A stretch of DNA of 64,000 nt from Candidatus Krumholzibacteriia bacterium. Lineage in GTDB: Bacteria > Krumholzibacteriota > Krumholzibacteriia > LZORAL124-64-63. Positions 27,564 to 37,343 of this stretch are shown piece after piece (within the stretch, counting starts at the first letter, position 1; each line of letters opens with the position of its first letter). Under the pieces are notes generated by a model, which was not told where the DNA came from, ran no database searches, and worked only from the letters and a program-made list of their open reading frames with translations. The stretch covers positions 5,901-69,900 of the forward strand of contig JAWKQQ010000024.1 in assembly GCA_041390065.1 (NCBI GenBank), given 5' to 3'. The translations under genes were made by a program, and so were the position numbers.

Positions 27564-30557
27564 TCAGGGTCGCGCTGCGCCGGCGGCCCGCTCGGCGAGC
27601 CCCTTGAGCTGGGCGGAGGGCAGGAGATCCAGCTCCCGGACACAGACGGCCTCGAACCTGGCGTAGACCTCGCGCGCCTCCCCCCGGTGGCCTAGGCCCA
27701 GCAGGCTGCGCAGCAGCGCGGCCGCGAAGGGCTCGTACGTCGGATCCTCGGTCAGACCGCGCCGGGCCAGCGCGGCGGCCTCCTCCCAGCGCTCGCGCCC
27801 GGTGAGGAGGTCCAGAGCACGGTCCACCGCCCGCAGGTAGGCCTGCCGGACCGCACCGGCCGCGTCCTGGACCTCCGGATCGTACGGCGAGTCGGCCAAG
27901 AGGGGACCGCGCCACAGTTCCAACGCTTCGCCGAGGGCGCGCAGCTCCCCGTCCGGCCGGCCATCGCGGCGGGCCTGGCGAGCTCGCGCGAGGGCGGCCT
28001 CGAAGGACTCCAGATCGCTCGCGCCCCCGGGTCCGAGGCGGAGCTGGACGGTCTCGCCATCGGTGACGACGTGGCTGTCCTGATCGGCGCGGCCGGCGTC
28101 GACCAGCCGCCGCAGCTGGAACACGGTCTGCCGCAGGTTGAGCGCCGTCCGGGCCGGATCGCCCTCCGGCCAGAGGGTCTCCAGCACCTGGTCGCGCGCG
28201 ACGGCCCCGCCGCCCGCGAGGGCCAGCAGCTGGAACAGCCGCCGCGCCCGGCGCGACTTCCACGCCCCGGCAAGCAGCACGGCGCCCCCCCGCCGGACCT
28301 CCAGCGGCCCGAGCATCAGCACCGTGAGCGAGCCGGCCGCCGCAGGCGCGGTCGCAGTCGAGGCGGACGGCATCTCCACGGGCGAACGCACATCCGTACC
28401 CGGCCGCCGCCAGACCGCCAGCCGCGCGAGGTCGCGGGCGGCCCCGAGCCGCGTCAGGATCCGTTCGGCGCGGGCCAGGCAGGCGCTGGCCGCGCGCGGC
28501 TCCCGGCCGGCCAGGGCCCGTCCGCGCAGGCCGAGGGCGCGGGCTCCGAACAGACGGTGGCCGAGGCGCTCGGACACCTGCAGGGCCTCGGCGGCCGCGC
28601 GGGCCGATCCGGCCGGGTCGTCGAGGCGCCACGTCGCTTCCGCCGTCCCCAGCCAGGTCAGGGCCAGGAGCGCCTCCTCGCCCAGTTCCCGCGCGATCGC
28701 CCGCGCCTCGTCGAAGCGTTCGGTAGCCGCCGTGGGGTCGTCGGCCAGCAGGTCGCACTCGCCGAGGGTGTAGCGGGTGTAGCCGGCGATCAGCCGGTAG
28801 CCGATGGCGTCGGCGCGCTGCTGGGCCCAGAGCGTCGCCTGGCGAGCCTCGGCCTCCCGTCCGAGTCCGACGAGCACGAAGCCGAGCACGCCCTCGGCGT
28901 GGCAGGCGAGGTCGCTGCGGTCGAGCTCCCGGTAACGGTCGCGGGCGGCGGTCGCGGCCGCGAGCGCGGCCGCGAGGTCACCCCGCTGGTCGTGGATGTT
29001 GGCCGCGAGCAGATAGAGGCAGCGACCCTCGAGCTCGCGATCGCGCCGACGGCGGGCCAGGGCGAGGGCCTGCTCCAGGTATCGCTGTCCGGTGGCGAGG
29101 CGTCCGAGGCTGGCCGCCGCCACGCCCATGGCCGCCAGCACCTCACCCCGCACCGAGGGCGCCAGGCGCGGCGATCCGGCGAGGACCCGGCGGCCGGCGC
29201 GCAGACAGGTGTCCCAGCGTCCGCGCTGCAGGTGCAGCCGCACCAGCCGCGCCTGCACCCGCGCCTGCACCGCGTGGGCCGCGGGCAGCCTTCGAGCCCG
29301 CCGCAGGTCCGCCTCCGCCCGGGCCCAGCGGCCCTGCAGCTGGGCCAGGGACGCGCGCACCAGCAGCAGCGACGGCTCCTGGGCGAGGGTGTCCTCGGGC
29401 AGCAGGTCCAGGGCCAGGGCCAGGGTCTCCGGGCGCCGCGTCGCGCACAGCGCCTCCAGGTGGCGCCGCACGAGGCGACGGACGCCCTCCGGGTCGTCGG
29501 ACCGGGCCAGGTCGAGCAGAGCCGCCTCGGGCTCGCCGAGGTCCGCCAGCAGCTGGCCCGCCTGCCGCACCGCCTGCTGGCGGGTGCGCACGCCGAGGTC
29601 GGCGGCGAGCCGGCGGCGCAGACAGCCCCCCAGCAAGTTGTGGTGGCGCCAGGAACCGTCGCCGCTGGGGACGATGAAGAGGCCGGCGTCCTCCAGGCGC
29701 CGGAGCACGCGGGCGCTGTCGTCGCGGCCCAGGAGGCGGTCGCAGAGGGCGGCCTCGAGGTGCGGCAGCACGCTGGTGCGCAGCAGGAAGTCACGGGTGC
29801 CCGCGTCGAGGTCGCCGAGCGACTCGTCGACGAAGCGGTCGAACCAGCCGCCGCCGTCGGCCAGCCGGGCGAGGACCTGCGGGTGGGCGTCGGCGGCCGC
29901 CTGGGCCAGCGTCCGGCTGACGATCTCCAGACCCGCCGGCCAGCCCTCGGTCAGGCGGTGCACCCGTTCCCGCAGCGCCACGGCGTGCGCGCGGCCCAGG
30001 CGCCGGCGCAGGAAGGCCTCGGTCTCCGGGGCGTCGAACGCCAGGTCGCGTGCCGTCAGCCGCACCGCCTCGCCGCGGGCCTCGAGGTGCGCCCTGGAAA
30101 GCGGCACCGGCTCGCGCGACGACAGCACCAGCTGGCAGGCGGGGTTCAGGTAGCGCAGCAGGCGGCCGAGGAATTCGCGGGCCCGGTCGGCCGCCGCGAT
30201 GGCCTGCACGTCGTCGAGCACGAGGAGGCGACGCTCGGCCAGCGCGCCGACGAGCCGCGCCAGCTGCTCCAGCGGCGGCGCCGCCGACGATGCCAGGCCC
30301 GCGGCCGCCGCGAGGTGGGCCACGAGCACGCTCGGGTCGCGATCCAGTTCGTCGAGCGTGTACCAGAGCGCCGCGGGACCGAGCCGCCGGGCCCGCGTGG
30401 CCAGGAAGCTGGTCTTGCCCCAGCCGGCGCCGGCGGTCACGGTGATCAGCCGGACCCCCTGCCAGGCGGGCCAGCGTTGGTCGAGGCGTCGCCGGCTCTG
30501 GTAGGTGGCCGGCGGCGTGGGGACGCTGAACTTGGCGCTGAATACGGCGGCGGCCAT
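27564..30557 (-). CDS. MalT-like STAND NTPase with TPR region and a C-terminal winged-helix (OmpR/PhoB-type) plus BTAD domain; putative transcriptional regulator
   Basis: Walker A is VTAGAGWGKTSFLA and Walker B is LLVLDDVQ. A long helical-repeat middle region follows. The C-terminus reads MLGPLEVRRGG...WKSRRARRLFQLLAL...RDQVLETLWPE...NLRQTVFQLRR and then ELWRGPLLAD...YLRAVDRAL (SARP/BTAD pattern). Confidence 0.7.
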   Translation of the reverse strand: MAAAVFSAKFSVPTPPATYQSRRRLDQRWPAWQGVRLITVTAGAGWGKTSFLATRARRLGPAALWYTLDELDRDPSVLVAHLAAAAGLASSAAPPLEQLARLVGALAERRLLVLDDVQAIAAADRAREFLGRLLRYLNPACQLVLSSREPVPLSRAHLEARGEAVRLTARDLAFDAPETEAFLRRRLGRAHAVALRERVHRLTEGWPAGLEIVSRTLAQAAADAHPQVLARLADGGGWFDRFVDESLGDLDAGTRDFLLRTSVLPHLEAALCDRLLGRDDSARVLRRLEDAGLFIVPSGDGSWRHHNLLGGCLRRRLAADLGVRTRQQAVRQAGQLLADLGEPEAALLDLARSDDPEGVRRLVRRHLEALCATRRPETLALALDLLPEDTLAQEPSLLLVRASLAQLQGRWARAEADLRRARRLPAAHAVQARVQARLVRLHLQRGRWDTCLRAGRRVLAGSPRLAPSVRGEVLAAMGVAAASLGRLATGQRYLEQALALARRRRDRELEGRCLYLLAANIHDQRGDLAAALAAATAARDRYRELDRSDLACHAEGVLGFVLVGLGREAEARQATLWAQQRADAIGYRLIAGYTRYTLGECDLLADDPTAATERFDEARAIARELGEEALLALTWLGTAEATWRLDDPAGSARAAAEALQVSERLGHRLFGARALGLRGRALAGREPRAASACLARAERILTRLGAARDLARLAVWRRPGTDVRSPVEMPSASTATAPAAAGSLTVLMLGPLEVRRGGAVLLAGAWKSRRARRLFQLLALAGGGAVARDQVLETLWPEGDPARTALNLRQTVFQLRRLVDAGRADQDSHVVTDGETVQLRLGPGGASDLESFEAALARARQARRDGRPDGELRALGEALELWRGPLLADSPYDPEVQDAAGAVRQAYLRAVDRALDLLTGRERWEEAAALARRGLTEDPTYEPFAAALLRSLLGLGHRGEAREVYARFEAVCVRELDLLPSAQLKGLAERAAGAARP

Positions 30558-30635
30558 GCTGTCCTCGGACGGGGTGGGCCGGTTTCGCTGATCATGCTAA
30601 CGCAGGATCACCCCCGGGATCCAGCCCCGAGGTGG

Positions 30636-31497
30636 CTAGACGTCCACGCCCAGCAGCCGCTTGACCACCACGCCGACCACGAAGCTGAAGGCCGCCACGC
30701 CCAGGCTGATCCCGGCCATCTCCAGGAAGCGCCGCCGGAAATCGAGCCCACGGGCCACCGCGAGGTAGGCCGTGAACAGGAGGATGACGAGCACGGCGAT
30801 CACCAGCGTGACGGCCAGGCAGACTCGGTAGTCGGCGAACACCAGGTAGGGGCCGACGAGCAGCGCGACCGTGACGATGTAGGCGAGGCCGGTGTACAGC
30901 GCCGACCGGCGGGCCGACCCGAGGCCGTCGGCCCGCTGCGAGAGGTACTCGCTGGCCGCCATGCTGAAGGCCGCCGCGATGCCCGTCACCAGGCCCGACA
31001 GCGCCACCAGCTTGGTGCTCTGGAAGGCGAAGCTGAGGCCGGCCAGGGTGCCGGTCAACTCGACCAGCGCGTCGTTGAGGCCGAGGACGATGCTGCCCAC
31101 GTTGGCGAGCACCGCGTCGTCGAGCATCTCGAACAGCACCTTCTCGTGGTCGGCCTCGTCGGTGAGCACCTCGCGGGCCTCCGGCTGCGGTACCAGGAGG
31201 TCGTAGTCGACCTGGCGCGCGAGCCTCCGCCCGTTCGAGCAGCTTGATGCCGAGTACCGGGCTGGCGCGTCAGGAGCACGAACCCGTGCACGAGCGGCCA
31301 GTCGGGGCGCACGCTGCAGCCGCTCCGCTCGCGCCACATCGGCGTGCCGCAGCTCGTCGGCGGCGATGCGTTCGAGCACCTCGCGGTTGCGCGCGCTGCC
31401 GGTCAGGCGCGCCAGCCGCACGTGACATGGTGGGCGTTGATCTCGTTGCGCTGGGCCGAAGACAGCTGGCGACGGGTGACGGGCTGACGTCGGTCAT
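30636..31497 (-). pseudogene. VIT1/CCC1-family iron/manganese transporter with an N-terminal ferritin-like domain; the frame is broken about five times in the N-terminal 290 bp
   Basis: The membrane domain is intact in track ORF 30636..31421 (VGSIVLGLNDALVELTGTLAGLSFAF...MAASEYLS). The ferritin-like domain is readable only by frame-hopping: MTDVS / PVTRRQLSSAQRNEINAHHV / RLARLTGSARNREVLERIAADELRHAD / MWRERSGCSVRPDWPLVHGFVLLTR / VLGIKLLERAEARA / QVDYDLL... The ATG follows directly after the purB stop (TAGATG). Confidence 0.7.
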
Positions 31498-32808
31498 CTA
31501 GAAGTCCTTGCCGGCCAGGGTCCGCTCCGAACGACCGGCACGGTGTCGCAGCTGGTGGTCGAGCTCGAAGCAACGGTCGAGCTCGGCCTGCGGCAGCCGC
31601 GCCAGGAATCTCCGGATCGGCCGCCAGGCGTCCCGCAAGGTGATGTCCCTCTCGTCCCAGACCCGCATCGCGGCCGCCTGCACGCGCGCGTAGGCGTCCT
31701 CGCGCGTCATGCCCTCGTCGGTGAGGGGAGCCAGCAGCACGGCCTGGCTGTAGAACATGCCGCGCACCTTCTCCATGTTGGCCCGCATCTGGTCGGGGAA
31801 GGTCACCAGGCCGTCGATCAGCCAGCGCATCTTCAGCAGCATGTGGTGCAGGGTGTGGCAGGCGTCGGGGAAGATGATGCGTTCGACGGAGCTGTGGCTG
31901 ATGTCGCGCTCGTGCCAGAGGGCGACGTTCTCCGTCGCGGTGTGGGCGTAGCCGCGCAGCAGACGGGCCATGCCGGTGATCTTCTCCGAGACGATGGGGT
32001 TCTTCTTGTGGGGCATGGCGCTCGAACCCTTCTGACCCTTGCCGAAGGGCTCCTCCACCTCGTGCACGTCCGTGCGCTGGAGGTTGCGGATCTCCACGGC
32101 CATCTGTTCGAGCGTCGCGCCGACGAGCGCCACGGCGCTCAGGAACGCGGCGTGCCGATCGCGCTGCAGCACCTGCGTGGTGACCGGCGCCACGCGCAGG
32201 CCCAGCCGCGCGCACGCCGCCTCGCCGACCGCCGGATCGAGGTGCGCGTGGGTGCCGACGGCGCCCGACACCTGGCCGTAGCTGCACTCGGCGATGCCGG
32301 CGTCGAGGCGGTGCAGGCCTCGCCGCAAGGCCTCCCAGTAGACCAGGAGCTTCAGGCCGAAGGTGGTGGGCTCGGCATGGATGCCGTGACTGCGGCCCAT
32401 CATCACCGTGCCCTGCTCCTTGACGGCGCGGGCCTCGACGGAGTTCAGGAGGTCGACGAGCGCGGCCCGCAGCACGCGACCGGCGTCCCGGATCTGCAGC
32501 GCGAACGCGGTGTCGAGCAGATCGCTGCTGGTCATGCCCTGGTGGACGAAGCGGCTGCTCGGGCCGATGTGCTCGGCCAGGTTGGTCAGGAAGGCGATCA
32601 CGTCGTGCTGGACGGTGGCCTCGATCTCGAGCACCCGCGCGGTGTCGAACGCGGCCCGGGCGCGGATCTCGCGGGCGGCGTCGGCCGGGATCTCGCCGCG
32701 CTCGGCGCGCACCTCGCACACCACCACCTCCACCTCCTGCCAGTGGGCGAAGCGGGCCTCGTCGCTCCAGATGGCGGTCATCTCGCAGGTGGCATACCGA
32801 TCGATCAT
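31498..32808 (-). CDS. purB: Adenylosuccinate lyase
   Basis: The start is MIDRYATCEMTAIWSDEARF at 32808. Motifs are HQGMTSSD, HAEPTTFG and the fumarate-lyase signature GSSAMPHKKNP. Confidence 0.95.
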   Translation of the reverse strand: MIDRYATCEMTAIWSDEARFAHWQEVEVVVCEVRAERGEIPADAAREIRARAAFDTARVLEIEATVQHDVIAFLTNLAEHIGPSSRFVHQGMTSSDLLDTAFALQIRDAGRVLRAALVDLLNSVEARAVKEQGTVMMGRSHGIHAEPTTFGLKLLVYWEALRRGLHRLDAGIAECSYGQVSGAVGTHAHLDPAVGEAACARLGLRVAPVTTQVLQRDRHAAFLSAVALVGATLEQMAVEIRNLQRTDVHEVEEPFGKGQKGSSAMPHKKNPIVSEKITGMARLLRGYAHTATENVALWHERDISHSSVERIIFPDACHTLHHMLLKMRWLIDGLVTFPDQMRANMEKVRGMFYSQAVLLAPLTDEGMTREDAYARVQAAAMRVWDERDITLRDAWRPIRRFLARLPQAELDRCFELDHQLRHRAGRSERTLAGKDF

Positions 32809-33003
32809 CGTGCGGCCTCCAGGTTCTGCCGCGGAGATCGTTCCCGACGTCCCAGGACGTGGCAACTCACCCTCAGGCATCAACAAATGCGACGCAAGCT
32901 CAACGCAACCAGGAGCATGTCCGGCTGCCCGGATGGAGCACAATCTCCGAGGCAGAACCCATGATCAGGCATCGGGTGGGCGGACGCAAGGCGGGGGTCT
33001 CGC

Positions 33004-33032
33004 TTGTTGATGCAACCAGGTTGCCCTATCAT
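33004..33032 (+). promoter_or_regulatory. Candidate sigma70-type promoter for the 437-aa AlkP-family gene
   Basis: TTGTTG at 33004-33009, a 17-nt spacer, then TATCAT at 33027-33032, about 33 nt before the ATG. Confidence 0.35.
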
Positions 33033-33064
33033 GCCGACGTACCCCGAACCCAGCGAGGCCCCCC

Positions 33065-34378
33065 ATGCTCCGTCGTTCCGTCCTTCTCGTCGCGGCCCTG
33101 GCCGGAGCCGGCCTGCTCGCCGGCTGCGGCGGCGGCCAGTCGGCCCCCCACTCCCCTGCGCCCCGACAGACCGTGATCGTGGGCATCGACGCCCTCGACT
33201 GGCAGGTGGTCGATCCGCTCCTGGACGCCGGCAAGCTGCCCACCCTGGCGGCGTTGCGCGCGCAGTCGACGAGCGGGATCAACCTCAGCTTCGTGCCGCT
33301 GGAGAAGTCGCCGTTGATCTGGGCGAGCATGGCCACCGGGCTCGAGCCCGAGCAGCATGGCGTGGGCGGCTTCCTCAAGGGTCACGGCGAGGACTACGAG
33401 GCCCTGGCCTCGTCCGCCGACTGGCGGGCGCCGGCCATCTGGGACATCGCCGGCGCCGCCGGCCTCCGGAGCTGCGTCATCGGCTGGTGGGTCACCTATC
33501 CGGCCCGGGACATCGACGGGGTGCTCGTCAGCGACCACGTCACGTACACCGAGCTGGGCAGCCGCAATCCGGACGCGATGGTGCGGCCGGCTTCGCTGAC
33601 GGCCGCGCTGGATTCGCTGACGGTCGACTACCGCGACGTGCCGCTGGATCTGCTGCGGGCGCTCCTGCCCGGAGCCACCGAGGCGCAGCTCGTGGACGTG
33701 GACAACCGCCAGCTGCGGGAGTTGCGCGTGGTGCTGGCGGGCGACCTCACCTACCTCGCCACCGCCCGGCTGCTGGCCGCCCGCGGCCACTTCGATCTCT
33801 TCGCCGTCTACTTCCGCGGCCTCGACCTCATGTGCCACAAGTTCTGGCAGTTCATGGATCCTGCCGACGGCACGCCGGCCAGCGACGCGGAGGTGGCCCT
33901 GCTCGGCCACGTGGTGCCCGGCTACCTCACGCTGCTCGACGGCTGGCTGACCGAGGTCGTCTCCTGGTTCCCGGCCGACGTCAACCTCGTGGTGGTCTCC
34001 GACCACGGCTTCCACGGCCCGCGCCGCGACCGCGCCGGCAACCTCCGCAAGGGGGTCGCCGAGCACCGGCCCGAGGGCTTCCTCATGATCCGCAGCCGGC
34101 TCTACGAGCCCGGCGCCAGCTGCGACCGCAGCTTCGTGATGAACGTCGCGCCGACGGTGCTCGCGCTCCTCGGCCTGCCGCCCAGCCTGGAGATGCCGGG
34201 CCGGGTGCTGCGGGAGGGCCTGACGCCCGAGGGTCTGCGGTACGTCGAGCACCTCGAGCAGCATCGCATCGCGAGCTACGAGTCGCTGGCGCCGGCGCCG
34301 CCGCCGGAGGTGGCCGCCGACCCCGCCCTCGACGAGGCCGTCAAGAAGCAGCTGCGGTCGCTCGGTTACGTGGACTAG
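33065..34378 (+). CDS. Alkaline-phosphatase-superfamily lipoprotein (type I phosphodiesterase/nucleotide pyrophosphatase-like)
   Basis: The lipobox is LLAGCGGG. Motifs are VIVGIDALDW (metal/nucleophile region), SPLIWASMATGLEPEQHGV and VVVSDHGFHG. The C-terminal tail is KKQLRSLGYVD. Confidence 0.7.
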   Translation: MLRRSVLLVAALAGAGLLAGCGGGQSAPHSPAPRQTVIVGIDALDWQVVDPLLDAGKLPTLAALRAQSTSGINLSFVPLEKSPLIWASMATGLEPEQHGVGGFLKGHGEDYEALASSADWRAPAIWDIAGAAGLRSCVIGWWVTYPARDIDGVLVSDHVTYTELGSRNPDAMVRPASLTAALDSLTVDYRDVPLDLLRALLPGATEAQLVDVDNRQLRELRVVLAGDLTYLATARLLAARGHFDLFAVYFRGLDLMCHKFWQFMDPADGTPASDAEVALLGHVVPGYLTLLDGWLTEVVSWFPADVNLVVVSDHGFHGPRRDRAGNLRKGVAEHRPEGFLMIRSRLYEPGASCDRSFVMNVAPTVLALLGLPPSLEMPGRVLREGLTPEGLRYVEHLEQHRIASYESLAPAPPPEVAADPALDEAVKKQLRSLGYVD

Positions 34379-35187
34379 AGCTCGACGCGCAGGGGCTTGC
34401 GCAGCAGCAGGCCGGCGAGCAGCGAGAGCACGGTGAAGCCGACGAGCCAAGGGGCCGTCACCCCGAGCACCGCGAACCGCCGCGCGGGCATGGCCGCGGC
34501 GAACCGCGCGACGTCGGCGGCCGGCGGTAGAGCGGCCTCCGACGGATCCAGCAACACCTGCTCGAGGCCATTGCGGTAACGCGCGGCCGCGATGGCGGGC
34601 AGCCCCGGCGCGGCCACGGGCACGGCGAGTTGCTGACTGTCGCCGCCACGCGTGATCGCCAGTTCGTGGCGACCCGGCGCCAGCGCCCGCACCCGCCACA
34701 CCAGTTCGCCGCGCGCGGCGTCATGCACGGGCCCGGCTTCGACCTCCAGGGCCGCCGGCGCCTCCAGGCGCCAGCCGGCCGCCGCATCCGTCACCTGCGC
34801 GGTCACGAGCACAGCCTCTCCCACCTCCAGCGGCCGCCGACCGAACCGCGACTCGAGCTGCGGCAGCACCAGCACCAACGGCAGCACCAGCGCCGCGATC
34901 GCGGGCAAGGCCAGCACCAGGTACCGCAGGTTGGCCTTCAGCAGATCGCCCTGCACCGCGAGCAAGGTGCGCAGGCTGGTCTGGTAGATGGCGGCCTCGA
35001 GCAGGCGACCCACCAGCCGGTTGCGCGCCGCCGCCAGACGGCGCTGCGGGGTCGCGAGCTTGAAGAGCATGATGGCGACCGCGCCGAACACGGCGGCCCC
35101 CACGGCCAGGGCCCAGGCCGCGTGGTCGCCGAACGGCGCGACGAGGAGGTCGCCGAGGCGGGTGGCGGCCTGCGAGATCCGCGTCAC
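34375..35187 (-). CDS. Hypothetical integral membrane protein (3 predicted TM helices, ~120-aa extracytoplasmic beta-rich loop)
   Basis: ORF support only. It is the last gene of the AlkP operon, and its start overlaps the stop of the 65-aa gene. No motif was recognised. Confidence 0.4.
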   Translation of the reverse strand: MTRISQAATRLGDLLVAPFGDHAAWALAVGAAVFGAVAIMLFKLATPQRRLAAARNRLVGRLLEAAIYQTSLRTLLAVQGDLLKANLRYLVLALPAIAALVLPLVLVLPQLESRFGRRPLEVGEAVLVTAQVTDAAAGWRLEAPAALEVEAGPVHDAARGELVWRVRALAPGRHELAITRGGDSQQLAVPVAAPGLPAIAAARYRNGLEQVLLDPSEAALPPAADVARFAAAMPARRFAVLGVTAPWLVGFTVLSLLAGLLLRKPLRVEL

Positions 35188-35381
35188 GAGATGTACCCGA
35201 GTCCCTGCATGCGCTTGCGGATCTCGTCCTCGTCGGCGCCGCCGCGGTCGAGCTTGTCGAGCTCGCGCTCGAGGACGTGCTGGACGAACTCCTCGACCGA
35301 CGCGTAGCCGGCCGCCCGGCTCACGCGCGCGGCGCGGTCGAGCAGGTCCTTGTCGAGCTTGAGCTTCGGGCCTCCGAACAT
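35184..35381 (-). CDS. Small 65-aa protein, possible ribbon-helix-helix fold
   Basis: MFGGPKLKLDKDLLDRAARVSRAAGYASVEEFVQHVLERELDKL... fits a beta-strand plus two-helix pattern. The gene starts 4 nt after the upstream AlkP stop and ends ...RKRMQGLGYIS. Confidence 0.4.
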   Translation of the reverse strand: MFGGPKLKLDKDLLDRAARVSRAAGYASVEEFVQHVLERELDKLDRGGADEDEIRKRMQGLGYIS

Positions 35382-35385
35382 CGTG

Positions 35386-37343
35386 TCATCTCCTCGCGGT
35401 CTGGGCCTCGACCAGGTTGCGGCCGGTCATGACGGCCGGCGGTTCGACGCCGAACAGGTTCAGGATGGTGGGCGCGAAGTCGGCGAGGGTGGGGTCGCTG
35501 ACCAGGATCGGCCGGGTGCTCAGCAGGATGCCCGGCACCTCGTCGGCGGCCTGGCAGTGGTCGCCGCTCCACTTCTGCTCGTTGTCCACGAACACCTCGG
35601 CCGGCACCTCGCCGAGGGCCGACTCGTTGCTGCCGCGCCAGCCACGGTGATAGCCGAGCACGATGTCGGGGCCGCCTGCGGCGTAGTCGCCGTGGTAGAT
35701 ATCCTTCGCGCGGTAGGCGTACTTGATCGCAAGCGTGCCGACGGCGGGATCGACCGTGGCCTCGAGCTCGCGCACCAGCTCCTGCAGGAGCGCCTCGGCC
35801 TCGGCGCCGGGCGTGACGATGCCGTGGGCTTCGCGTCCGGCCAGGTTGAGGTAGAGGCCGTTGATGCCGATGGCGTAGGCACGGGTGCGCGACCAGTCGA
35901 TGCCCTCGGGTAGCTGACCTCGCCCGGTTCCACGCCGTCCTGCAGGGTCAGGTAGCCGCGCTCGCGCAGCCAGGCGTTGACGTGCAGGCTGCGGTAGTAG
36001 GGCGCGAAGCCGTGGTCGCTCATGACCATCACCAGCGCCTGCGGACCCACCTGATCGAGCACGCCGCCGAGGATCGTGTCGAGCGCCTGGTAGATCTCCG
36101 GCACGCGCTCGTGGTGCTCGGCGGCGCAGGCGGCGTGCAGGGGCGAGTGCGGATCGATGCCGCGCCACCACATGTGGCAGTCCTGGTCCGGATAGTTGAA
36201 GTAGAAGAAGAGGAAGCCGTCGTCCCGGGCCGTGAAGCGCTGCAACTCGTGGCCGAGCTGACGCTTGCGCTCGGCGAAGACGTTGTCGCTCTGGGACAGG
36301 TAGTCGGTGTCGGTGAACACGCCCTCCTCGAGCGCCTTGGTGTCGCTCGGCAAGCCCTGGGTGTAGAAGGGTCCGACGGCGGCGGCCAGCTCGCGCGAGT
36401 AGTCGCCGGGCGTGGAGATCGGCATCTCCGGCGCCGCCGGATCGATCTGCACCGGGGTCACGTACAGGCGCAGGTAGGGCGTGGTCTCCATGAGGAAGAC
36501 CCGCGCCACGCCGCGCACCGACTTCAGCCACGGCACCAGGGTGAACTCGAGGTCGAGCCACGGGCTCCACTCGCCCTCGCGCAGGAGCAGACGCTCGCCC
36601 GCCAGCTCGACCAGCACCGCCCGCTCGGCGGCCGCCACGGTCACCACGAGCGGCAGCCGGGCCAGCGGCGCGCCGTCCCGGTAGACGTTGGCCGGCCCCT
36701 CGACCGCGGTCTCGCAGCGGCCGTCGGTGAGGTACACCGCGCGCAGGACGCCGCCCGACAGGTCGTCGGGCGCCAGGGGATCGTCGGTGACGTAGGTGTA
36801 CTGGCCGTAGGTGCCCTGGATGTCGGGCGTGCCCATGCCGCTGAGCGTGCGCGAGCGGCTCGCGACGGGCGGGAAGTTGGCCGGCACCTTGAACACCGTG
36901 GCGTCCACCTGCGCCGTGTCGAGCAGCTGCCAGAACGCGACGCCGTGGCGCAGGTTCTCCACCGAGCCGGCGCCGCGCGGAATGCGCCAAGCACCCAGCT
37001 TCCAGAACGCGGCCGGGCCCATCGCCGCGCTCGTCGACAGGTACGGCACGAGGGTCGCGGGGTCGCGGTGGATGAAGTCGAAGATGCCGTGACCGCCCGG
37101 ATCCATGCCGGTGATGAAGGTGCTCCAGGCCACCGGCGACTGGGGCGGGATCGCCGTGCCCAGCGGCACGAGCTGGCCACCGGACGCGAGGACCCGGTCG
37201 AAGTTCGGCATGAGGCCGCGCGCGCGGTACTCCGCGACCAGGCGCGGGTCCATGCCGTCGTAGCCGAGCACCAGGACCTTGGTGGCCCCGGCCTCGCCCA
37301 CGAGGCAGGCGGCGAGCAGCAGGAAGGCGAGCCAGCGCATCAT
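35386..37343 (-). pseudogene. Alkaline-phosphatase-superfamily protein (paralog of 37340..39454), frame broken once near 35915
   Basis: The N-terminal 475 aa lie in track ORF 35520..37934, from MMRWLAFLLLAACL (signal peptide): VLVLGYDGMDP, SPVAWSTFITGMDPGGHGIFDF, VMVMSDHGF. The C-terminal part lies in track ORF 35386..36990 (IDWSRTRAYAIGINGLYLNLAGRE...WSGDHC). The two pieces are collinear with the intact paralog. Confidence 0.7.

Noticed and set aside
27564-30557. The STAND NTPase-TPR protein as an Avs/antiviral-STAND-type defence gene.
   Set aside because: It has no nuclease, protease, TIR or other effector domain. The only output domain is a DNA-binding wHTH-BTAD. No neighbouring defence or mobile genes are present, so a transcription-regulator reading is more economical.
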